NCBI GenBank assembly: GCA_963796275.1
Contig: CAWCKY010000001.1
Location: 1,152,001 to 1,216,000, forward strand
Length of the DNA: 64,000 nucleotides
Direction of reading: 5' to 3'
Source: an uncultured Acidobacteriota bacterium
GTDB taxonomy: Bacteria > Acidobacteriota > Blastocatellia > RBC074
Shown piece after piece: positions 31,357 to 42,602 of the stretch. A program made the position numbers and the translations under genes. The notes beneath the pieces are model-generated. The model saw only the letters and a list, made by a program, of their open reading frames with translations, was not told the DNA's origin and ran no database searches. How positions within the stretch are numbered: the stretch's first letter is position 1; the number at the start of each line of letters is the position of its first letter.

Positions 31357-34300
31357 TTACTCATTCCTCTGATAAAGCTTTTTCAACTCGGCCAAAATCA
31401 CATGCCCTATCTGAGACGCCGGTTCCCGGTGGATCAGCATGTCATTGTGTCGGCACGGGATTGGATTTACCGTAATTTCTCCCGAGATATATGGCCTCCA
31501 GGCTTCTGGCTTCATTCTAGAATCGGATGCTGTAAAGAGTAAGAGATTGCCGTCGTAATGTTGTGGTGTGAAAGTTTCCAAAACAGAATCGGTGTTTTGA
31601 ATCTCTTCGATTATGGCATCAAGTGGGTAGTATTCGCCAATCTCATTATAGAGTTCGATGAGATTCGAAGTGTCCAAAGATTCATCTTCCATGTCATACC
31701 CTAGAAATTGAAATATAGAGGAAAGGATTTGATCGCGAGTTTCACGCACGGCAGGTTGCTGAGTAACTGGTGGATAGGCATCGAGGACGGCAAGCAGCGC
31801 AACCGGTTCGCCTTGTTGCCGAAGGAGGCTAGCAATTGTATGGGCTACATGTCCGCCAAAGGACCAACCGATTAAATTATAGGGTCCGGCGGGTTGAATC
31901 TTGCGGATCTGGTCGATGTAATCAGTAGCTATCTCCACGACTGTTAGGGGTAAGTATCCCGGCTCTGACAAGCGACGTGCTTGCAGCGCATAGATCGGAT
32001 GGTTAGCATCGATATACTGCATCAGCCTGGCGTAGCACCAGCTAACTCCGCCGCCAGGGTGGATGCAAAATAGGGGAGGAAGGCTACCTTGAGATCTGAG
32101 CGGTAGCATGACATCAAATGAATTTCGATCAGTAGGGTGGGACAATATCACTGCCAGGCCCGCCACAGTCGGAGCCTCGAACAGGCTGCGAATCGAGAGT
32201 TCAACCCCGAGCATGGCGCGCACCCGGCTGGCTAGGCGTGCCCCCAACAATGAATGGCCGCCGAGTTCGAAGAAATTGTCATCAATTCCCACCCGCTCCA
32301 GACCCAGCACCTCGGCAAACAATGCGCAGAGTAACTCTTCTTTGGGGTTGCGCGGCGCTCTCCAGATATCTGACGAGACGAACTCCGGTTCGGGCAGGGC
32401 CTTGCGATCCAACTTTCCGTTGGGGGTCAACGGCAGTGCCTCCAACTGGACGATCGTTGCCGGCACCATATAGTCGGGCAGACGTTGGCCTAACTGCTGG
32501 CGCAAGGCGCTGGAGTCAAGGCTGCGTCCCGGCGCTGGCACTACGTAACCAGCCAGTAGTATCTCTCCTGTACGATTCTCGCGCGCCACGACTACTGCCT
32601 GAGCCACCTCCGGCAGCTCGCGCAGCGCCGCCTCGACCTCGCCCGGTTCGATGCGGAAGCCGCGGATCTTGACTTGCTGATCGGCTCGTCCGAGGAACTC
32701 GAGGTTGCCATCGGGGCGCCATCTCGCCAGGTCTCCCGTCCGGTAAATTCGCGTACCAGGCTGCCCGTAAGGATCGGCCACAAATCGCTCGGCGGTCAGG
32801 GCCGGGCGCTTCAGATATCCGCGTGCCATGCCCGCTCCTGCGACGTAGAGCTCTCCTGCGACTCCCACCGGCACGATTTGCAGGTCCTCGTCTAACACGT
32901 ACATGCGCGTATTCCAGATTGGTTGCCCGATGGAAACTCGCTTCTCGGAGATAACTAACGTTTTCGAATCACTCCATGTCACATCTGCCGATACTTCCGA
33001 AGATCCATAGAGGTTTAGTAGCTGTCCCGAAGGCGCGAACTCCGCGAATCGTTGCGCCAGTTCCGGGGATAACCTCTCGCCGCTGCTTACCCAAAGCTTT
33101 ATTTCACTGGGACCTTGATGATTCTCGTAGTACTCCAGCAATACGCGAAGTTGAGAAGGTACAAGCACAAGCCTCGTCACCTTATGGTTAACGAGAATCT
33201 CGGTGAACTGCGTTGGATCCTTCATCACCAAGTCTGGAATGATTACGCACGGTATTCCGCGTAGCAATGGTCCAAATATCTCCCACATCGAGTCGAGGAA
33301 GTTCAGCGAAGTTTTCTGGCAGCAGACCTCATCTTCTCCAAATGGAAATACGTTCCACATCCAGTCGTAGCGGTTGATTGCCCCACGGTGCAACCCTAAT
33401 ACTCCTTTCGGCGGTCCGGTTGAACCTGAAGTATAGATCACATAGGCCAGGTTATCTCCGCATACATCGACTCCGGGATTCTCTGTCGCATCCTTCGCCT
33501 CTGCCTCCACGGTTGCAAGGTTGATTACCTCTAGCGCGCCATCCCCCAGACGCTCGCCCAGCAACGGATTGCTGATTACTATTCTCACTCCGCTATCTTT
33601 CACCATGTAAAGCAAGCGCGATAGCGGATACTCGGGATCAAGCGGCAGATATGCTCCGCCGGCCTTCAGAATCCCCAGGAGGGCGGTTACCATATCTATC
33701 CCGCGCTCCAAACAGACTCCCACCACATCATCCCGCCCCACACCTCGCCCGCGCAGGTAATGCGCCAGGCGATTAGCGCGCAGGTTCAAATCTCGATAGG
33801 TGATCTCCTCGCTCCCACTAACAATTGCCACCGCCCCAGGCGATCTTCGGACCTGCTCCTCAAACAGTTCCACCGCTGTCGTCTCCGGCACCTCCCGCCG
33901 CGTCTGATTCCACTCCTCCAGTATCTGGATGCGCTCCTGCTCTCCCAGCAGGTCGATGCCTGCAATCATCTGTTGGGCATCGCTCACCATCGCCTCCAGC
34001 ACCCGCGCGCAATGCCGCCCCATCTGCTCAATCCTCCAGCGGTCAAAGAGCTCGCGGTTGTAGAGCCACGACGAGCATGATCTCTCCATCTTCTTCCCAG
34101 GCGTACATCTCCAGATCGAAGCGTACTTGCAGCTGGTCTCCCGCCAGCTGCTCTATCTCCAGCCCCTTCATCCGCTCGGCCACCTGCGGCGCATTCTGCA
34201 GGGCAAAAATCACCTGGAAGATGGGCGTCGTGTCCAGACTCCGCTGCGGGGAGAGCTCCTCCACCAGCCGCTCGAAAGGCACATCCTGATGCTCATAGGC

Positions 34301-37300
34301 CTCCAGCGCTACCCGCCGCGCCTCACTCACCAACTCTTCGACGCTCTTCTCTCCATTGACACTCACTCTCATCACCAGCGTGTTGACGAAGAATCCGATC
34401 ATCTCCTCCAACTGCGCCTCCTGCCGGTTGGCGATCGGCGATCCCACCACGATCTCTTCCTGCCCGCTGTAGCGTTCCAGCAGCAGGGCGAAGCCCGCCA
34501 GCAGCGTCATATAGAGAGTCGCCTGTTGGCTCTGGCTGAGGCGCTTCAAGCCATCGACCTGCTGACCGCTCAGGATCATCTGAGAGAATTCGCCCTGGAA
34601 GGTCTGCACCGGTGGTCGCACTCTATCGGTCGGCAACTCGAGCCGCTCGGGAATCCCGGCCAGCTGCTGCTTCCAGTAGGCGAGCTCTGCTTGAAGCCTC
34701 TCCTGCTCCAGCCACTGTCTCTGCCAGAGGGCGAAGTCGGCGTACTGGACGCTCAGCGGCTTGAGCGGATTCTCGCGCCCCTGACAGAAGGCCTCGTAGA
34801 GCTGAGTGAACTCGCGGTTGAAGACTCCCTCCGACCAGCCGTCGGAGACGATGTGGTGCATGGTGCGCAAAAGGATATGATCGCGCTCTCCCAGTTTGAG
34901 CAGATTCACCCGCAGCAGCGGTCCGCGAGCCAGATCGAAGGGGCAGCTCACTTGCTCCCGCAGGCGAGCCGTCACCCGCGTTTGTTGCTCTTGCTCATCC
35001 AGTTGGCTCAAGTCATCCACGGGAATCTCGATCCACAACTCCGGCTCGATGATTTGGATGGGCGCTCCCTCTATCTCGTCAAAGTGTGTGCGCAGAGTCT
35101 CGTGGCGGGAGATGATGGTGTTGATAGTTTGCTCCAGCGCCTGGCGGTGGAGTTCTCCTCTCAGCCGGAGAGCCACAGGCATGTTGTATTCTGTGCTGTT
35201 TTCAGCCAGGCGGTCGAGAAACCAGAGGCGCTGCTGGGCATAGGAGAGGGGCAGACGCTCGGGCCGCTGCTGCTGCACAAGTGGAGGGCGTCCCGTCCCG
35301 GACTCTCTCAGCCGCGAGCTGAGTTGGGCAACAGAGGGCGACTCAAAGAGGGTGCGAATGGCCAGTTCCGCTCCCAGCGCGGCGCGCACTCGGCTGACCA
35401 GGCGCGTTGCCAACAGCGAGTGGCCGCCGAGGTCGAAGAAGTTGTCATCAATTCCCACCCGCTCCAGACCAAGCACCTCGGCGAACAATGAGCAGAGAAT
35501 CTCCTCTTCGGGACTGCGCGGCGCCCTCCAGACGGAGGTCGATATCATCTCCGGCTCGGGCAAGGCCTTGCGATCCAGTTTTCCATTGGGAGTCAACGGC
35601 AGGGCTTGCAACTCGACGATGGCTGCCGGCACCATATAGTCGGGCAGCCGTTGCGACAACTGCTGGCGCAACGCACTGGGGTCAATGCTGCGTCCTGGCG
35701 CTGGCACCACATAGCCGGCCAGCAATTTCCCTCCCATACGATTCTCGCACGCCACCACTACTGCCTGGGCGATCTCCGGCAGCTCGCGCAGCGCCGCCTC
35801 GATCTCGCCCGGCTCGATGCGGAAGCCGCGAATCTTGACCTGGTGGTCAATGCGACCCAGAAAATGAATACTGCCATCTGGCAGGTAGCATCCCAGGTCC
35901 CCTGTCTTATATAGCCTCTGATAGTAAGCATTTCGGTGATCCAGATTTTGCTTTGAAGCTTTAGAACCGTAAAAGCTCCAGACCTCATAATCCTGAACGC
36001 CATCTCTGCTCGCCACAACATATGGCAACCGGCAGATGTTTAATTCGTCTGCGCCAAGCTGATAAAGCATGCTTACTAACGTTTCCTTATCCTGCTCTAG
36101 ACTCTCTCCTGGTGTAATTCGGTTTTGGGTTGATGTGTATGTGATTGGACTTCCAATATCACCGTCGTCTATCGGGACGATAGGTAAGATTGTTTGTATC
36201 GCGAACCGCCCACCTTCTTTCAAGCTCTTAAACAGGTTCACCAGAAAGTTTTTAGGATTATCTAGACGATCAAGCGTTAAGGTCGAGATGACAAAGTCCT
36301 GAGATCTCTCCTCTACTCCGCATTCCTGTGAGAACATTCCTGGAGGTACGTCAACTTTCGCTGCCCGAACATTCAAATTCCTGCTTCTTGCTTTCTGCAC
36401 GAGAAACGGGCACAAATCCAAACCTAGCATCTGCGCTCCCATTTCTGACAATGCTTCAAGCACTTCCGCGTTACCGAAACAGAAATCTATCCCCTTAAGC
36501 CCGGCAAAGGTTTGATAAGGGAAGAGTAGCCTCAGTATATCCTGGTTGATTCCGCACGAGGCATAGCTGTCATTGGCCCCTTCCTGGAAATACCTGATGA
36601 ATCCATTGTAGGCAAACTCATCCCCGCAATAATTATCGATGAATCGTTTCGTGTTATCGATAAGATCGGGATCAAGCCCTTTAACTGACTCCAAAATGCG
36701 CTGGAATGGCGTGCGTTCAGCCGTACTGTTCTTACCATTATGGTCCCACCTCGTAAGATTATTATTGCCTCTGAATCTCTCTAGCATTTCGCGAACACTT
36801 TCTACTGATATGAACCCATGACTAATTTCGCTATGGGAGTAGTGATTAGAAATGAACTTAGCCGCTGTCGCCTGCGGCTGGTTTAGGTAACCTCGCGCTA
36901 TGCCGGCTCCTGTAAGGTATATCTCACCTGCTACCCCTATAGGGACCGGCCTCAATCTCTGGTCCAGAATGTATGACCTGGTATTGTCTATTGGATGGCC
37001 TATCGGCACATATCCCAATCTCTTCACCTTTTCACCTTCCACCTCCCACAAGTGCGAATAGACCGTATACTCAGTCGGCCCATATGCGTTGATGAATGTG
37101 CAGTGATTCGACCATTCCGCCGCCAATTCCACCGGACAACTCTCCCCCACCGAGACGATCGTCAGCCTCTCCGCATCTTCGATCCGCTCTGGATCAAGCT
37201 GCTTGAGTACGGATGGTACGAAGACTGCGACATTGATCCGCTGTCGATTAAGGAACTCCATCAACCTCTGAGGCTCCAGGTCGTCAGGCGCAGAGATGAC

Positions 37301-40300
37301 GAGCGTAGCGCCGTTGAGCAACGCCATAAAGGTTTCGCCGACGGCGCCGTCGAAGTTGTAGGAGAAGAACTGTGAGATACGGGATTGAGAAGATAGGTGG
37401 AAGATGCGGGCTTGCCACTTGGCGAGGTTGACGACACCGTGGTGCTCGACGGCGACACCTTTAGGAGTACCAGTGGAGCCGGAGGTGTAAATCATATACG
37501 CCAGGTTCTCGGCTGCAACACCACTTTTCGGCTCGCTCTCGTTTTGCTCGCTGATCATCTCCCTCTCCTCATCCAGCAACACTGTCCGTCCCCCATGCGC
37601 CGGCAGACGCTGCTCTAACACTTTCTGCGTCAGTACTACTCCGACTCTTGCATCATCCAGCAGATAGCTCAATCTATTCTGCGGTGAGTCCGGATCAAGT
37701 GGCAGATATGCTCCTCCAGTTTTGAGTATCCCCAGCAAACCTACAATCATCTCCACACTGCGTTCCAAACATATACCGACCCGCACTTCCGGCCCCACTC
37801 CGAAACGTTGCAGGTAATGCGCCAGGCGATTAGCGCGCAGGTTCAAATCTCGATAGGTGATCTCCTCGCTCCCACTAACAATTGCTACCGCCCCAGGCGA
37901 TCTTCGGACCTGCTCCTCAAACAGTTCCACCGCTGTCGTCTCCGGCACCTCCCGCCGCGTCTGATTCCACTCCTCCAGCATCTGCTTGCGCTCCTGCTCT
38001 CCCAGCAGGTCGATGCTTGCAATCTTTTGTTGCGCATCTCCCACCATCGCCTTCAGCACCCGCACGCAATGCCGCCCCATCTGCTCAATCCTCCAGCGGT
38101 CAAAGAGCTCGCGGTTGTAGAGCCACGACAGCATGATCTCTCCATCTTCTTCCCAGGCGTACATCTCCAGATCGAAGCGTACTTGCAGCTGGTCTCCCGC
38201 CAGCTGCTCTATCTCCAGCCCCTTCATCCGCTCGGCCACCTGCGGCGCATTCTGCAGGGCAAAAATCACCTGGAAGATGGGCGTCGTGTCCAGACTCCGC
38301 TGCGGGGAGAGCTCCTCCACCAGCCGCTCGAAAGGCACATCCTGATGCTCATAGGCCTCCAGCGCTACCCGCCGCGCCTCACTCACCAACTCCTCGACGC
38401 TCTTCTCTCCATTGACACTCACTCTCATCACCAGCGTGTTGACGAAGAATCCGATCATCTCCTCCAACTGCGCCTCCTGCCGGTTGGCGATCGGCGATCC
38501 CACCACGATCTCTTCCTGCCCGCTGTAGCGTTCCAGCAGCAGGGCGAAGCCCGCCAGCAGCGTCATATAGAGAGTCGCCTGTTGGCTCTGGCTGAGGCGC
38601 TTCAAGCCATCGACCTGCTGACCGCTCAGGATCATCTGAGAGAATTCGCCCTGGAAGGTCTGCACCGGTGGTCGCACTCTATCGGTCGGCAACTCGAGCC
38701 GCTCGGGAATCCCGGCCAGCTGCTGCTTCCAGTAGGCGAGCTCTGCTTGAAGCCTCTCCTGCTCCAGCCACTGTCTCTGCCAGAGGGCGAAGTCGGCGTA
38801 CTGGACGCTCAGCGGCTTGAGCGGATTCTCGCGCCCCTGACAGAAGGCCTCGTAGAGCTGAGTGAACTCGCGGTTGAAGACTCCCTCCGACCAGCCGTCG
38901 GAGACGATGTGGTGCATGGTGCGCAAAAGGATATGATCGCGCTCTCCCAGTTTGAGCAGATTCACCCGCAGCAGCGGTCCGCGAGTCAGATCGAAGGGGC
39001 AGCTCACTTGCTCCCGCAGGCGAGCCGTCACCCGCGTTTGTTGCTCTTGCTCATCCAGTTGGCTCAAGTCATCCACGGGAATCTCGATCCACAACTCCGG
39101 CTCGATTATTTGGATGGGCGCTCCCTCTATCTCGTCAAAGTGTGTGCGCAGAGTCTCGTGGCGGGAGATGATGGTGTTGATAGTTTGCTCCAGCGCCTGG
39201 CGGTGGAGTTCTCCTCTCAGCCGGAGAGCCACAGGCATGTTGTATTCTGTGCTGTTTTCAGCCAGGCGGTCGAGAAACCAGAGGCGCTGCTGGGCATAGG
39301 AGAGGGGCAGACGCCCGGGCCGCTGCTGCTGCACAAGTGGAGGGCGTCCCGTCCCGGACTCTCTCAGCCGCGAGCTGAGTTGGGCAACAGAGGGCGACTC
39401 AAAGAGGGTGCGAATGGCCAGTTCCGCTCCCAGCGCGGCGCGCACTCGGCTGACCAGGCGCGTGGCCAGCAACGAGTGGCCGCCGAGGTCGAAGAAGTTG
39501 TCGTCAATGCCGACCGATTCCAGACCGAGCACCTCGGCGAACAATGAGCAGAGAATCTCCTCCTGTGGTGTTCGGGCAGAGCGATAAGTTTTACCCTGCC
39601 ACTCGGGCTGGGGCAGGGCCTTGCGATCCAGTTTTCCATTGGGAGTCAGCGGCAGTGCTTGTAATTCGACGATGGCTGCCGGCACCATATAGTCGGGCAC
39701 TCGTTGCGCCAGGTGTTGGCGGAATGCGCTGGAGTCAATGTTGCGTCCTGGAGCTGGCACTACGTATCCCACCAGTCGCTTCTCTCCTGGAGTATCCTCG
39801 CGCGCAACCACCACTGCCTGAGCTACCTGCGGAAGCTCGCGCAGCGCCGCCTCGATCTCGCCCGGCTCGATGCGGAAGCCCCGTATCTTCACCTGCTGAT
39901 CGGCCCGCCCGAGGAACTCCAGATTCCCATCGGCCCGCCAGCGCGCCAGGTCTCCCGTCCGGTAGATACGCGTTCCAGGTTCGCCGTATGGGTCAGCCAC
40001 AAAGCGCTCGGCGGTCAAAGCTGTACGCTTCTGATATCCGCGCGCCAATCCTGGCCCAGCGATATAGAGCTCTCCTCCGACTCCCACCGGCGTCGGTCTC
40101 AGACTCCTGTCCAACACGTACACACGTGTGTTGCTGATCGGTTGCCCGATCGGTATCGTCTCTCCTTCTTTGATCTCCTCTCGACAAATTTCTCTAAAAG
40201 TCGCAAAAGTCGTCGTCTCTGTTGGTCCGTAGACGTGCAACAGACGCTCTGGCCCCTCTCGCTTGAGCACCTCCGCCACCCAAACGGGATCATACCTTCT

Positions 40301-42602
40301 CTCCGCCAAATAAAACCTCCCGGCAACCTTTGAATGCCCTCGGTTCGGATCGTGCCACCTGGTTAAATAACGCAGTGGTCAGAAAGATCGTGTTAATCCC
40401 TTGTGTTATCAATGCCTCAGATAGCAACCGAGGTTGCAACAATAGATCGCGACTGATGCAATACAATCGCGCTCCATGCAGTAATGCGCCCCATATCTCA
40501 AAGGTCGCTGCATCAAATGAGATGGTCGATGCCTGAGCTATTACATCGGTCTCTCTAATCTCGACGTAGTTTGTTTGACAAACCAGTCGCACTACCCCCC
40601 GATGCGTAATCTCAATCCCTTTTGGCTCCCCGGTCGATCCGGAAGTATAGATCACATAGGCCAGGTTATTTCCGCATACATCGATTCCGGGATTCTCTGT
40701 CGCATTCTTCGCCTCTGCCTCCACTGTTGCAAGGTTGATTACCTCTAGCGCGCCATCCCCCAGACGCTCGCCCAGCAACGGATTGCTGATTACTACTCTC
40801 ACTCCGCTATCTTTCACCATGTAAAGCAAGCGCGATAGCGGATACTCGGGATCAAGCGGCAGATATGCTCCGCCGGCCTTCAGAATCCCCAGGAGGGCGG
40901 TTACCATATCTATCCCGCGCTCCAAACAGACTCCCACCACATTATCCCGCCCCACACCTCGCCCGCGCAGGTAATGCGCCAGGCGATTAGCGCGCAGGTT
41001 CAAATCTCGATAGGTGATCTCCTCGCTCCCACTAACAATTGCCACCGCCCCAGGCGATCTTCGGACCTGCTCCTCAAACAGTTCCACCGCTGTCGTCTCC
41101 GGCACCTCCCGCCGCGTCTGATTCCACTCCTCCAGTATCTGGATGCGCTCCTGCTCTCCCAGCAGGTCGATGCTTGCAATCATCTGTTGGGCATCGCTCA
41201 CCATCGCCTCCAGCACCCGCACGCAATGCCGCCCCATCTGCTCAATCCTCCAGCGGTCAAAGAGCTCGCGGTTGTAGAGCCACGACAGCATGATCTCTCC
41301 ATCTTCTTCCCAGGCGTACATCTCCAGATCGAAGCGTACTTGCAGCTGGTCTCCCGCCAGCTGCTCTATCTCCAGCCCCTTCATCCGCTCGGCCACCTGC
41401 GGCGCATTCTGCAGGGCAAAAATCACCTGGAAGATGGGCGTCGTGTCCAGACTCCGCTGCGGGGAGAGCTCCTCCACCAGCCGCTCGAAAGGCACATCCT
41501 GATGCTCATAGGCCTCCAGCGCTACCCGCCGCGCCTCACTCACCAACTCCTCGACGCTCTTCTCTCCATTGACCCTCATCCTCATCACCAGCGTGTTGAC
41601 GAAGAATCCGATCATCTCCTCCAACTGCGCCTCCTGACGGTTGGCGATCGGCGATCCCACCACGATCTCTTCCTGCCCGCTGTAGCGTTCCAGCAGCAGG
41701 GCGAAGCCCGCCAGCAGCGTCATATAGAGAGTCGCCTGTTGGCTCTGGCTGAGGCGTTTCAAGCCATCGACCTGCTGACCGCTCAGGATCATCTGAGAGA
41801 TTTCGCTCTGGAAGGTCTGCACTGGTGGTCGCACTCTATCGGTCGGCAACTCGAGCCGCTCGGGAATCCCGGCCAGCTGCTGCTTCCAGTAGGCGAGCTC
41901 TGCTTGAAGCCTCTCCTGCTCCAGCCACTGTCTCTGCCAGAGGGCGAAGTCGGCGTACTGGACGCTCAGCGGCTTGAGCGGATTCTCGCGCCCCTGACAG
42001 AAGGCCTCGTAGAGCTGCGTGAACTCGTGGTTGAAGACTCCCTCCGACCAGCCGTCGGAGACGATGTGGTGCATGGTGCGCAAAAGGATATGATCGCGCT
42101 CTCCCAGTTTGAGCAGATTCACCCGCAGCAGCGGTCCGCGAGTCAGATCGAAGGGGCAGCTCACTTGCTCCCGCAGGCGAGCCGTCACCCGCGTTTGTTG
42201 CTCTTGCTCATCCAGTTGGCTCAAGTCATCCACGGGAATCTCGATCCACAACTCCGGCTCGATGATTTGGATGGGCGCTCCCTCTATCTCGTCAAAGTGT
42301 GTGCGCAGAGTCTCGTGGCGGGAGATGATGGTGTTGATAGTTTGCTCCAGCGCCTGGCGGTGGAGTTCTCCTCTCAGCCGGAGAGCCACAGGCATGTTGT
42401 ATTCGCTGCTGTTTCCAGCCAGGCGGTCGAGAAACCAGAGGCGCTGCTGGGCATAGGAGAGGGGTAGGTGCTGCGGACGAGGCAACGAACCAATTCGCTG
42501 CAGATTATTGACTTCAATAGTTTCACCACGGAGTCGCTTCTCCAGGAGTAGCTGCTTGGTAGGTGAAAGCTTTGTCTTGCGCTCTAGCAAAGAACGTTTC
42601 AT
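31357..42602 (-). CDS. NRPS gene 2, three modules: C-A(Ile/Val)-T / C-A[MT-interrupted]-T / C-A(beta-Ala)-T-TE; split by 1-nt insertions at about 40292 and 34073
   Basis: Three ORFs (40290-42602, 34043-40309, 31357-34089) join seamlessly by comparison with paralogous modules. Motifs: HHIVSDG x3, YTSGSTG x3, GGHSL x3 and TE GWSFGG. Confidence 0.93.

Noticed and set aside
40280-40310. Programmed frameshift or genuine split-A-domain gene boundary in NRPS gene 2
   Set aside because: No slippery heptamer or RBS is present. Comparison with module 3 shows a plain 1-nt insertion within the catalytic core.
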